Assembly: GCA_041665365.1 (NCBI GenBank)
Contig: JBAYIY010000001.1
Location: 104,720 to 168,719 of the forward strand
Direction: 5' to 3'
Length of the DNA stretch: 64,000 nt
From: Patescibacteria group bacterium
Lineage (GTDB): Bacteria > Patescibacteriota > Patescibacteriia > UBA9570
A model generated the notes under the pieces. It saw nothing but the letters and a program-made list of their open reading frames with translations, had not been told where the DNA came from and did no database searches. Within the stretch, counting starts at the first letter, position 1, and each line of letters starts with the position of its first letter. A program made the position numbers and the translations under genes. This document shows positions 1-9,312 of the stretch, piece by piece.

Positions 1-741
1 AAAACCCTTCACAGCATTGATACTCAACATGGCTTTACCTAAATCGGCCGGAAGTTTATCAAACACGGGTTCACCTAAACCAGCTGGCACGTTTTTAATT
101 ACTCCCCTAATCACACCACCTAACGAGTCACCTTCAGCTTTAACTGTTTCAATCAGTTGAATCATTTTTTTAGCTGTCACCTGATCTGGACAACGGACAA
201 TATTTGATTCAATTTCTGTCAGGGACACTTTATTAAAATCAATGTTAGTTTTAATATCGCCCACTTGCTCCACATAGCTTAAAATTTCAACGCCTAACTT
301 TTCTCGTAAATACTTTTTAGCAATCGCTCCGGCCGCGACACGGGCTAATGTTTCCCTAGCACTGGCTCGACCGCCACCACGCCATTCGCGCAGACCGTAT
401 TTTTGTTGATAGGTTAAATCGGCATGACCCGGCCGAACAGCCTGTTTGAGATGGTTGTAATCTTCTGATTTGTGATCTTCATTATAAGCCAGCAACAAAA
501 TTGGTGTACCGGTAGTTTGGTCGTCAGTTACTCCAGACAAAATATGAATCGTGTCAGACTCGTTGCGCGCCGTGGTAATATTGCTTTGACCCGGTCGCCG
601 TCGATCTAACTCTATTTGAATATCGGCCTCACTTAATTTTAGTTGAGGTGGGCACCCATCGATGATTACACTAATCGCACCACCATGAGATTCGCCCGCC
701 GTAGTGATTTTGAAAAGTTGTCCAAATGAATTGCCTGGCAT
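1..741 (-). CDS. aroC: Chorismate synthase (3' end runs off window)
   Basis: Not in ORF track. Manual translation from ATG at 741 gives [21 protein letters not shown]...DGCPP, plus RPGHAD and [11 protein letters not shown] motifs; last visible gene of the aro operon. Confidence 0.95.
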   Translation of the reverse strand, partial: MPGNSFGQLFKITTAGESHGGAISVIIDGCPPQLKLSEADIQIELDRRRPGQSNITTARNESDTIHILSGVTDDQTTGTPILLLAYNEDHKSEDYNHLKQAVRPGHADLTYQQKYGLREWRGGGRASARETLARVAAGAIAKKYLREKLGVEILSYVEQVGDIKTNIDFNKVSLTEIESNIVRCPDQVTAKKMIQLIETVKAEGDSLGGVIRGVIKNVPAGLGEPVFDKLPADLGKAMLSINAVKGF

Positions 742-744
742 AAT

Positions 745-1821
745 TTATGGTTTACAACCTAATTGAGTTAGTACTTTAAACACTACTTTATCAGACACTG
801 GGTGTGCATACTGACCGTTCACTTTATAGACCTGACCAATTTTTTTAAGTAAAATATAATAAACCAGACCGGCTTGAACTTTTTTATCAGAATGCGTAAC
901 AGATATAATTTCTCGGGCAGAATACTTACTAAATATTTGTTTGGTAATACCAAATTTTTGCAAGATTTTTTGTATCGCCAAATTTTCTTTTTCACTCAAA
1001 ATTCCCAGTGCTTGCGCAATTGAACATTCTGCAATAATGCCATAACCAACCGCGTAACCATGCGGCAGTGTATACTTAGACATTTTTTCTAAAGCATGCC
1101 CGATAGTGTGGCCAAAATTTATCACCCGCCGCTCGTTACTTTCATGTTCATCTCTCATCACAATAGCCGACTTAATTTTCACCGATCGCGAAATTATTTT
1201 ATCTAATTTATATTTATTAATTATTAATTTAACAGCTGCTCGATCGGAGGTTAAAAATGTTTTTAGAGCTTCTATTAATCCACTGACTTGTTGTGTGTGC
1301 GGCAAACCACGCAAACGATTCATATCCATAATCACGCCAACTGGCTGATAAAAAGCACCGATGGTATTTTTACCATACACAGTATCTATACCCACTTTGC
1401 CACCCACCGAAGCGTCCACCATGGCTAAAACGGTAGTTGGTACCTGGATATATGGTACACCGCGTAAGTAGGTGGCTGCCACAAAACCGGCTAAATCCCC
1501 CACTACGCCGCCACCTAAGGCAATAATGAGCGTATCCCGACCGTAGTGTTTTTTTAATAAAGTATGTTGCAGTTTAGTAACTTGAGGTTGAGTTTTGTTG
1601 GTTTCTCCGGCCGGTATAACTATCATATCAACATTTAACTTGGTCGTTTTAAGTTGTTTTAATAATTTACTTCCCTGATTATGGGCTAAATGTTCATCAG
1701 TAATTATCACTAACTTCTCAGCCTTCACTTGTTTAATAAGTTTGATTAGTTTGCTATCCAAATCTGACCCAATAATAATTGGATAGATACGAACATTAGT
1801 AGTTTTTATATTAAGCAACAT
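745..1821 (-). CDS. aroB: 3-dehydroquinate synthase
   Basis: GGGVVGDLAGF, PTTVLAMVDASVGGK, NFGHTIGHALE, HGYAV motifs. Confidence 0.95.
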   Translation of the reverse strand: MLLNIKTTNVRIYPIIIGSDLDSKLIKLIKQVKAEKLVIITDEHLAHNQGSKLLKQLKTTKLNVDMIVIPAGETNKTQPQVTKLQHTLLKKHYGRDTLIIALGGGVVGDLAGFVAATYLRGVPYIQVPTTVLAMVDASVGGKVGIDTVYGKNTIGAFYQPVGVIMDMNRLRGLPHTQQVSGLIEALKTFLTSDRAAVKLIINKYKLDKIISRSVKIKSAIVMRDEHESNERRVINFGHTIGHALEKMSKYTLPHGYAVGYGIIAECSIAQALGILSEKENLAIQKILQKFGITKQIFSKYSAREIISVTHSDKKVQAGLVYYILLKKIGQVYKVNGQYAHPVSDKVVFKVLTQLGCKP

Positions 1822-2854
1822 ATAATTTTGTCATATCATAAATTAATTTTTCTGTGTCAAACCAACTCAAACACGGGTCAGTAATGGACAAACCAGATCG
1901 ATCAATTGTATTAGTGTTTAAAGCATCTAAGTTTTGTTTGCCTTCTTTGATAAAACTCTCGACCATAAAACCTTTTACTAGTTTTTTTAATTCTGAATTA
2001 ACATTCATCGTCGCCAGTGTTTCTTTAATCACCATCGGTTGCATCGTACAATCTTTCACCCCATTCACTAAACAATTATCATGGCTCGCATCAATTATTA
2101 TGGCCGGATTTTGAATTTTAGCTTTGGCGAACAAAGCGGCTGCCTCATGAATATATTCGGCGCCATAATTGGGCCCACTGGTTTTTCCCCGCAACACCAA
2201 ATGCGCATACGGATTACCGTTGGTTTCAACTTGGTAGCCATTAAACACCGCATTGTGTTGATACTGGGCAGAAATAATACCATTAACGGCAATGGCGATT
2301 GAACCAGTGGTACTATTTTTCATACCCACGGGGCATTCCACGGCGGAAGCAAACACCCGATGTTCTTGATCTTCCACACTGCGTGCCCCAATCGCTACCC
2401 AACTTAATAGTTCCACAAACCCTTTGGCATTGTGTGTAAATAGAGCCTCGTCAGCAATCGGTAAACCCAGCTCAATTATTTTTACCATCAAGCTACGACA
2501 ATATTTTATCCCCGCAGTAATATCCGATGGAGCAAACGGATCAGGTTGATTAACCGGCCCTGTCCAACCTTTGGTGGTGCGCGGTTTTTGAATATATACG
2601 CGCATCACAATTTTAATTGTATCCTTAACATTATCAGCGACTTTTTTTAACCGCGTAGCATATTCGAGCACGGCCTCTTTTGGCCAAGCCGAACACGGAC
2701 CAACTATCAACAATAAACGTTTATCCTGACCAGAGATAATATCACGTACTTCTTGCCGATCTTTAACAACGCGTTCGTGTCCCTGTTCAGATAAAGGATA
2801 GAGTTGAATAATTTCATCGGGTGTTGGAATTTTTTTTATAACAGTTATGTTCAT
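1811..2854 (-). CDS. Class I DAHP synthase (AroF/G/H type)
   Basis: GPCS, KPRTTKGW, IGARS, PVGMKN, DASHDN, SITDPC motifs. Confidence 0.93.
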   Translation of the reverse strand: MNITVIKKIPTPDEIIQLYPLSEQGHERVVKDRQEVRDIISGQDKRLLLIVGPCSAWPKEAVLEYATRLKKVADNVKDTIKIVMRVYIQKPRTTKGWTGPVNQPDPFAPSDITAGIKYCRSLMVKIIELGLPIADEALFTHNAKGFVELLSWVAIGARSVEDQEHRVFASAVECPVGMKNSTTGSIAIAVNGIISAQYQHNAVFNGYQVETNGNPYAHLVLRGKTSGPNYGAEYIHEAAALFAKAKIQNPAIIIDASHDNCLVNGVKDCTMQPMVIKETLATMNVNSELKKLVKGFMVESFIKEGKQNLDALNTNTIDRSGLSITDPCLSWFDTEKLIYDMTKLYVA

Positions 2855-2858
2855 AATA

Positions 2859-4073
2859 TTATGTTGTTAACCATAACTCTATTTGTGCCCTACCTTGTGC
2901 TTCAAACATGGTAATACCAGAAATAGTTTTAGCCCCGCGTTGTTTAGCTAATTTCAACAGTTTAGTCTCAATTGGATTATACACTATATCAAAGACGGTC
3001 ATATGACTAGTAATGATAGATTCTAAGATTGGCTGCCAGTCAGGTACTGTATTTATAACGATATCAAGTGGTTGATTTAAACTAAATATTTTTCCACCGA
3101 ATTTTTCTATTAATTGTTTGGCTTTAAATTCAGTTCGATTTAAACAATATATATTACCTTGTTCAGATTTAATGACTGCCGCCACCGCATAAGCCGCACC
3201 GCCGGCTCCAACAATTAACACATTTTTATTATTTATTTTTATATCAGTCAAAGCATGCTTAATACCAATAATATCGGTATTATATCCAATTAGTACACCA
3301 TTTCTATTTATCACAGTATTAACAGCACCAACTGCTTGTGCCGGCTCATCAATTACATCTAAATATGACATAATCGTTTGCTTGTGCGGAATAGTGACAG
3401 CTACTAATGTTAAAGGTTTATTACGAATTAATTGAACTAGTTCTTCAATATTTTCACCGGCATAACTGGTCATCTCGGCATTGATCTGTTTAGTTTTGTA
3501 GATAGCATTATGTAATTTTGGACTCAGGCTATTAGTTAACGGAAAGCCAATTACACCGTTATGTATCTGCTGGGACAATTTATTAATTATATTTTCCACT
3601 ACAACATCTAAACTGTTGTTATTATTAATAGTCATTATGGCTAAAGCGTCGTAATGTGGAGTTCGTTCCAGCCACAGTTTTTGAAATGATATATATGGAT
3701 CAACTTCTTGCGGAAAAAAGGCCGGCCAACCATTCACCATAATGCGTTCAAACACCACACCTTTAGGAGCTGTCACGTTTATCACTAGATGATTTTTTAA
3801 TAATATTTGATTACGTAATTCGATGGGTATTCCTCCTCCGACTGCTATCACTCGTTGCGCTTCATTACTCAATAACTGTTTTAATACCTCATGTTCTAGA
3901 TCACGAAAATAGGCTTCACCTTGTGCGCGCATAATTTCCCGGCAGGATAAATTGGCTTGTGCGGCAATCACACTATCTGTATCCATGACAGGTAAATTAA
4001 GTTTATCGGCTAATAATTTAGCAATACTGGATTTACCGACGTGTTTAAAACCGATTATGACGATGTGTTGCAT
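2859..4073 (-). CDS. aroE: Bifunctional shikimate kinase / shikimate dehydrogenase (AroK-AroE fusion)
   Basis: N-terminal GFKHVGKS P-loop, GEAYFR, AVGGG; C-terminal SLSPKLHN, VTIPHK, GAVNT, GYNTD, GAGGAA, DIVYNP. Confidence 0.92.
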   Translation of the reverse strand: MQHIVIIGFKHVGKSSIAKLLADKLNLPVMDTDSVIAAQANLSCREIMRAQGEAYFRDLEHEVLKQLLSNEAQRVIAVGGGIPIELRNQILLKNHLVINVTAPKGVVFERIMVNGWPAFFPQEVDPYISFQKLWLERTPHYDALAIMTINNNNSLDVVVENIINKLSQQIHNGVIGFPLTNSLSPKLHNAIYKTKQINAEMTSYAGENIEELVQLIRNKPLTLVAVTIPHKQTIMSYLDVIDEPAQAVGAVNTVINRNGVLIGYNTDIIGIKHALTDIKINNKNVLIVGAGGAAYAVAAVIKSEQGNIYCLNRTEFKAKQLIEKFGGKIFSLNQPLDIVINTVPDWQPILESIITSHMTVFDIVYNPIETKLLKLAKQRGAKTISGITMFEAQGRAQIELWLTT

Positions 4074-5287
4074 ATAGCCCCTAAACTTTTTATCAGTTGA
4101 ATAAATGGTGGACAGGTTTTATTAATACTCTCGGCTGTAGCTATGGTGGTTTCACCGGAGGCGACTAACCCGGCAATGGTGAGTGCCATGACAGTGCGAT
4201 GATCATTATAGCCAGGCACAGAAGTTCCGGTTAGTTTACTTTCTTGAATAATTAACCCATCTGATAATTCTGTGACTTTTGCTCCTAATTTGGTTAAGCC
4301 ATCAAACATCGAGTGTAACCGATCAGTTTCTTTCAACCTTGCTTGTGGTACATTTATTAATTCAGTCACTCCATAAGCCTGGGTAGCAATTACCGCTAGG
4401 GTTGGCACCAAATCAGGTATGTCATTACAATCTATAATTTGACCAGTTAATTTGTTTCCACCGTGTATCACTAGCTGCCCTGTTGGTTTTTGAATAATAT
4501 CTGCCCCCATGTGTTGTAAAATTTCTATTAACCGTTTATCACCTTGCATGTCACTAAAATCCAACCCTTGTACAATTACTTCATCACCACATAACACTCC
4601 GGCCGCAATCAGATATGACGCTGAAGAAAAATCTCCGGGAATAGTTTTATTAAAAGCCTGATAGGTTTGTCTTCCAATAATTTTAAAAATATCTTTAGAA
4701 TCTATTTGGATCCATGAATATTTTATATTAAGTTCATCTAACCAGCGTGTGGTCATTTTCACATAAGGTCGTTCGTTTAAATTATTTACAGTCACGATAG
4801 AATCATGCTGTGCTAAAGGTAAGGCTAGCAACAAGGCTGAGAGATATTGTGAAGTGGTTCCATCAATATTTGTTGCGCCTCCCACCAAACGACCAGAAAT
4901 TTTTAATGGATAAATCGTTCCAGGAGTTTCTGTAATACTCATGCCCAACTCCCGCAAAGATTGCAGTAAAGGATCAATTGGCCGAACGCGCATTTGTTGA
5001 CTACAATCCAGTGTCACTTGGTCAGTCGTATCAAAACGTAAACCAAGCAAAGGTAAAATAAACCGAGTAGTAATACCAGAGTCGCCGGTAAAAATACTAG
5101 ATTTATTTTTGAGATCAGCCAAAACCGTGCGCGCAGTGTTTGTGTCATCTGATTCAAGTATGTTAGTCAATTCAGATTTACCTTGTGCCACACTAGCCAA
5201 CAACAAAGCCCGGATCGATTGCGATTTGGAACTTGGCACTACTACTGTACCAGTTAGATGTTTAGTTGATTTTACTATTATGTTCAT
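4055..5287 (-). CDS. aroA: EPSP synthase (3-phosphoshikimate 1-carboxyvinyltransferase)
   Basis: PSSKSQSIR, GDSGITTR, SQYLSALL, GDFSSA, RLKETDR, DHRTVM motifs. Confidence 0.95.
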   Translation of the reverse strand: MNIIVKSTKHLTGTVVVPSSKSQSIRALLLASVAQGKSELTNILESDDTNTARTVLADLKNKSSIFTGDSGITTRFILPLLGLRFDTTDQVTLDCSQQMRVRPIDPLLQSLRELGMSITETPGTIYPLKISGRLVGGATNIDGTTSQYLSALLLALPLAQHDSIVTVNNLNERPYVKMTTRWLDELNIKYSWIQIDSKDIFKIIGRQTYQAFNKTIPGDFSSASYLIAAGVLCGDEVIVQGLDFSDMQGDKRLIEILQHMGADIIQKPTGQLVIHGGNKLTGQIIDCNDIPDLVPTLAVIATQAYGVTELINVPQARLKETDRLHSMFDGLTKLGAKVTELSDGLIIQESKLTGTSVPGYNDHRTVMALTIAGLVASGETTIATAESINKTCPPFIQLIKSLGAICNTSS

Positions 5288-5310
5288 ATATTTTACCTAC
5301 CCGAATAAAG

Positions 5311-5334
5311 AAAAAACCCCGGTGTTCCGAGGTT
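5311..5334 (-). terminator. Attenuator terminator hairpin upstream of aroA
   Basis: Minus strand AACCUCGG-AACA-CCGGGGUU followed by a U tract, 24 nt before the aroA ATG. Confidence 0.85.
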
Positions 5335-5359
5335 ATTGTTTATGCGCGTAATGGTTTAA

Positions 5360-5434
5360 TCATGCAGCCAAACAAGCCCCGGGTGTGGTAGGAGTAAAAC
5401 TAAAGTAGAAATTAAAGGATTGTGAGTGTTGCAT
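5360..5434 (-). CDS. Phe/Tyr-rich leader peptide of the aro operon (24 aa, MQHSQSFNFYFSFTPTTPGACLAA)
   Basis: Manual translation; 4 Phe and 1 Tyr within 7 codons; lies between a promoter and the attenuator hairpins. Confidence 0.8.
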   Translation of the reverse strand: MQHSQSFNFYFSFTPTTPGACLAA

Positions 5435-5442
5435 GTGTACAC

Positions 5443-5471
5443 AAAGTATCAGGCTAGTCATTTGGTGTCAA
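5443..5471 (-). promoter_or_regulatory. Sigma70 promoter of aro leader
   Basis: TTGACA-17 nt-TACTTT with extended -10 TG, 8 nt upstream of the leader ATG. Confidence 0.7.
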
Positions 5472-5521
5472 TTAGCCCTGATAATATTGGTGTGGATAAC
5501 TAACATGTGATCTAAATAATA

Positions 5522-6211
5522 TTATTGCAATATTTCTTTTACTGTTGCGTCCACCAATATTTTCATTGTGTCAAATATTTTTAAACGTGGATGTTTCGGA
5601 ATTAATAATTGCAGGTCAGTGCAAGCCAGTGCTACACAGTCAACACTCTTATTTTCAAAGTCACTAATAATTTTAATAAGCTCCTCACGATCACGATTTT
5701 TTTGCTGACCAGTAACGAGATTAAGAATAAATTTACCCATTTTTGCCTGCTGCAAAGCGTCGGGTATAACATAGGTTATGCCATATTCCTCAAAGGCTGT
5801 TTCGTATAATTTATTCTCAATTGTTGCCGAGGTAGATATTATACCAATCTTTTTAAAATCTTTCTGCTTGAAATACTTTACAGTTTCTTCAACTATACTT
5901 AACATTGGGACATTGACAGCGTTCCTTATTTTCTTGATAAAAACATGGAGAGAATTACAAGGCATGACGATAAAATCGGCTCCGGCTTTTTCCAACCTTT
6001 TCGCCTCGTTGATTAAAAAAGGGATATACCGTTCAGAACCTTTGTTTTGTGTGATTAGATCCTCCTCGATTTCATAAGGCAAAGGCACGCTCGAGATTAT
6101 TATTCCCGGCCTAATCTTTTTATTTTCCCTATAACATGAAAAAACTATGTCGAGATAAAATTCCGCTGTTGTTTCTGGTCCGAGACCACCAATTATTCCT
6201 ACAGTTTTCAT
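5522..6211 (-). CDS. Aspartate/glutamate racemase family amino acid racemase
   Basis: GIIGGLGPETT, PCNS and LACTDL catalytic Cys motifs. Confidence 0.88.
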   Translation of the reverse strand: MKTVGIIGGLGPETTAEFYLDIVFSCYRENKKIRPGIIISSVPLPYEIEEDLITQNKGSERYIPFLINEAKRLEKAGADFIVMPCNSLHVFIKKIRNAVNVPMLSIVEETVKYFKQKDFKKIGIISTSATIENKLYETAFEEYGITYVIPDALQQAKMGKFILNLVTGQQKNRDREELIKIISDFENKSVDCVALACTDLQLLIPKHPRLKIFDTMKILVDATVKEILQ

Positions 6212-6236
6212 AATAACTACTTAGAATTTTCTACCT

Positions 6237-6785
6237 TTAACTGCTCACCGGACGTGGAAACACTTCCAAACTCAATATTTTCGTAGCTTCTTTTGGTGAA
6301 AAGACTTTTTTATCTTCCAAAAGATGCACAATCTTGATGGTTTTTTTATCCTCAGTTTTTAATGGTTGAAATAGTTCAGCTTTAAATTCACCAAATTTTT
6401 CATCTAAGTAGGATTTGGTCACCATCTGAGTTTTGAACTCTGCTAGATCAGTTTTAGTAGCCATGGTGGACTTAATATTATCAATTTCCTTCTTTAGCTC
6501 ACCTTTCGTGACCATATTGGCCTCAATACGATCAAACCGTTGTTCATGGTGAATAGACATAGTCGCAACAGCTGAAACAAACTCGTCTACTTTTGATGAA
6601 ATGCTATCAACACTAACTTTAACACTAGCCACGTCTGATTTAACACTAGCCACGTCTACTTTTACACCAGCGACGTCTTTTTTTACCTCAGCGAGACTTA
6701 ATTCAATCTTATCAACCTTTGTATTCAAAGAATCTACGTTAATTTTAACCTCTTTAATTGTTGTTTGATTCGTGTTTTGTTCCAT
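6237..6785 (-). CDS. Coiled-coil hypothetical protein
   Basis: Heptad repeats VKxDVAS and MATKTDL-type motifs. Confidence 0.7.
   Translation of the reverse strand: MEQNTNQTTIKEVKINVDSLNTKVDKIELSLAEVKKDVAGVKVDVASVKSDVASVKVSVDSISSKVDEFVSAVATMSIHHEQRFDRIEANMVTKGELKKEIDNIKSTMATKTDLAEFKTQMVTKSYLDEKFGEFKAELFQPLKTEDKKTIKIVHLLEDKKVFSPKEATKILSLEVFPRPVSS
6618..6680. repeat. Three imperfect 21-bp tandem repeats encoding heptads
   Basis: tttaacactagccacgtctga / tttaacactagccacgtctac / ttttacaccagcgacgtcttt. Confidence 0.8.
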
Positions 6786-6803
6786 AAATACAATAATTTA
6801 ACG

Positions 6804-6832
6804 ATGCTACCTTAAAAAAATGATACTGTCAA
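6804..6832 (-). promoter_or_regulatory. Putative sigma70 promoter
   Basis: TTGACA-17 nt-TAGCAT upstream of the 6785 start. Confidence 0.55.
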
Positions 6833-6881
6833 TACTATAATTTTTTTGTAATTATAGTATTAGTGTGGATAAGTTAATTAA

Positions 6882-7679
6882 TTATTTTTTTGGGTAAGGA
6901 ATTGGAAAAATTCCGGTTAATTTAATAATGGCTGGTGCAGCAGTTTTGGCGTTTATTTTGGCAGTGAATTTGTACTTATCTTGTGTGACCAGTTCTTTTG
7001 GATCCATGTCAGAATGGTATTTGTTGATTAGATTAGCAGTTTCTGTGTCGATAAAATAACACAAAATATGATTGGCAGTTTCTACTAAACGCTCAAAAAC
7101 ATCAGTGCGATAATGCATGGATGTTTGATCAGATAATATACACAGGGAGCCTTTTTCTTGGTTTTGTATAATTTCTTCAACTATTGTTTCATAATTATGT
7201 GCTTCATCAAGCGCGAGTGTGCGATTTTTTCCTCCCACCACCTGCCAATACTGTTTCACTAAGTAGATACCAAGCTCTCTAGCCACAGCTTGCCCCAGAG
7301 TTCGGTAATCAATCTTACAGAGTAAAAACTTTTGCTCATCATTTTTCATTTCAGTAAAATCAATTTCCTGATGAAATTTTTTGATATTATCATCCAGCGT
7401 GCCTGGTTGAGCAGCAAAAACCGCCACCTTATTTATCTTGTCGGCGGGAATGTATGATTGAATATCTTTGACTAGATCACCGTAAGGTTCAATAAACATA
7501 CCGCCTCTTCCATTATAAATATCTGAAATTATTATACTTTCAAGTGTAACTGATTTACCACAGCCGCTGCGACCCAGTAGATGTAAAATTCCAACATGCT
7601 CTTCACGCTTTAAACTAAGTGTTTCTCCATTTTCTTGGACACCAAGTGGTGTTAATATTTTTTTAGTGATGTTTTTCAT
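6882..7679 (-). CDS. Short VirD4/TraG/HerA-like P-loop protein
   Basis: HLLGRSGCGKS Walker A, IEPYGDL, LDEAHNY Walker B; much shorter than typical coupling proteins. Confidence 0.65.
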   Translation of the reverse strand: MKNITKKILTPLGVQENGETLSLKREEHVGILHLLGRSGCGKSVTLESIIISDIYNGRGGMFIEPYGDLVKDIQSYIPADKINKVAVFAAQPGTLDDNIKKFHQEIDFTEMKNDEQKFLLCKIDYRTLGQAVARELGIYLVKQYWQVVGGKNRTLALDEAHNYETIVEEIIQNQEKGSLCILSDQTSMHYRTDVFERLVETANHILCYFIDTETANLINKYHSDMDPKELVTQDKYKFTAKINAKTAAPAIIKLTGIFPIPYPKK

Positions 7680-7696
7680 ACTATTTGTTAATGATA

Positions 7697-8377
7697 TTAA
7701 TTCTTCGCATACACACTATCCAGCAACCTATTAAAAAAAGACATGTCCTCTTCATGGTAGTATTGATTCAACATTTCCAAAACTTCTTCTCGGCTTTTGC
7801 CTTGGTCTTTTAGAAATTCAAATTGCTTGGTAAAAGTATATTGCTCCACTGGATTATTTGGATATGGATAGTCAGTTTTTAAATCCTCAAAAGCGAATCT
7901 TTGCATATTACCTTGATATGCTTCAGACGATTCAGAATCTAAAAAGTTTTGGCAATGCGCCAATTCATGGCATAACCAAGCAATTTCATCGGGTTTGTCC
8001 TGCACTTCAAAATAACTCTGTTTGACTAAGATTAGTTTTCTTTCAGCACTTGATTCAGATGGTTGATTGCCTTTGAACCATAAGTCATCCGGCACAACTG
8101 CAATCATAATCACATCCAATCTACTATCATTAAGTATCTCTCGCTGAGCTTGATAATGTTCTGGAAGATTGATTGCTTCCAATAATTTTATCCTGTCAGC
8201 ATTTTTTTGTTCAATACCGAGGTATTCCTGTAAATGTTTTTTTATTTCATGTTCAGCTGGATTAACTCGATCATCAATCTCAGGTAATGCGGTCAATATA
8301 ATATCAGTTGATTCTGGTTGTGAATCAATATGTTGAATAATTGTACCCGGACGAAAATGATTTTCAGGATCTTTCAT
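7697..8377 (-). CDS. Hypothetical protein with HExxH zincin motif
   Basis: WLCHELAHC ... NPVE. Confidence 0.55.
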   Translation of the reverse strand: MKDPENHFRPGTIIQHIDSQPESTDIILTALPEIDDRVNPAEHEIKKHLQEYLGIEQKNADRIKLLEAINLPEHYQAQREILNDSRLDVIMIAVVPDDLWFKGNQPSESSAERKLILVKQSYFEVQDKPDEIAWLCHELAHCQNFLDSESSEAYQGNMQRFAFEDLKTDYPYPNNPVEQYTFTKQFEFLKDQGKSREEVLEMLNQYYHEEDMSFFNRLLDSVYAKN

Positions 8378-8400
8378 AAATAAAGATAAATTGAGACCTA

Positions 8401-9303
8401 TTACAATTTAACATGATCACTATCATCGATTAACGGGCTATTTAGAATCCTAAATTTCTTTTTTGTTTTCCAAATCTGTACCAACTCATCAAAGCTTTCA
8501 TCTGGTTCTAACATCAATTCAGCCAATTCATCAATCTCTAAAAAATCTTTCTCGGTTAATATATCAAATTTGTTTGCTACATAAGCCGGTATTTGCAAGT
8601 ATAGTATTTCATTGTTCATTAAGCAATGAAAATCATACAGTACCGCCCACAACACCGGCATAAGACCTTTATAACCTCCGGCGTTAATAAAATTATCTGC
8701 CTCTACCCTTCCTCGTCTTATACCAAGCCAAGTATCAGCGGCCCAATCAAATTTATCGTTAGGTATATTATATTGATCAAAACCAATTGTGCTATCAAAA
8801 AAACCATCCGCATCAAAAGTAATCCATGTTTGCTTTGTATTATCCCAGTACTGATTGATCCAATGATCACAACTGCCTTGGCAAAAATATGGAGCAAACC
8901 CAGATCGAACTCGGCATGGAATTTCTTTAGATTTTAGAATGGCTGCCATTAGAATAGCCACATTACGACATGTCACCACGATTTTATTTTCTACTTTTCT
9001 ATCAGATACAAAACCGCTGACGTCAAGTCTTAATAATTCTGCCGTCATCGCCACAGCCGTAGGTAAAACATCATCCTCACATCTTAATCTATACCACGGA
9101 AAATTATTCATATCACCATAACGCAAATCTTGATTGGCTTTTGTGTTACCTTCTTTTAAGGTCACGCGATGTATGATTTGATGACTTATTAACTTACCAA
9201 GTTCATTGACACTGTCTGGTAATGTTTGAAAAAACACTTTATAACAACCAGGGTTAGTAAAAGTACCAAACTCTCTATAGTGATTTAAAATTTTATTATC
9301 CAT
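8401..9303 (-). CDS. Transglutaminase-like domain protein
   Basis: TCRNVA, RVRSGFA, DHWINQYW, FDAD (Cys-His-Asp triad). Confidence 0.82.
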   Translation of the reverse strand: MDNKILNHYREFGTFTNPGCYKVFFQTLPDSVNELGKLISHQIIHRVTLKEGNTKANQDLRYGDMNNFPWYRLRCEDDVLPTAVAMTAELLRLDVSGFVSDRKVENKIVVTCRNVAILMAAILKSKEIPCRVRSGFAPYFCQGSCDHWINQYWDNTKQTWITFDADGFFDSTIGFDQYNIPNDKFDWAADTWLGIRRGRVEADNFINAGGYKGLMPVLWAVLYDFHCLMNNEILYLQIPAYVANKFDILTEKDFLEIDELAELMLEPDESFDELVQIWKTKKKFRILNSPLIDDSDHVKL

Positions 9304-9312
9304 ATAATAATA

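Noticed and set aside
5491-6872. Two perfect DnaA boxes (TGTGGATAA at 5491 and 6864) as oriC
   Set aside because: They are isolated single boxes 1.4 kb apart with no dnaA/dnaN context.
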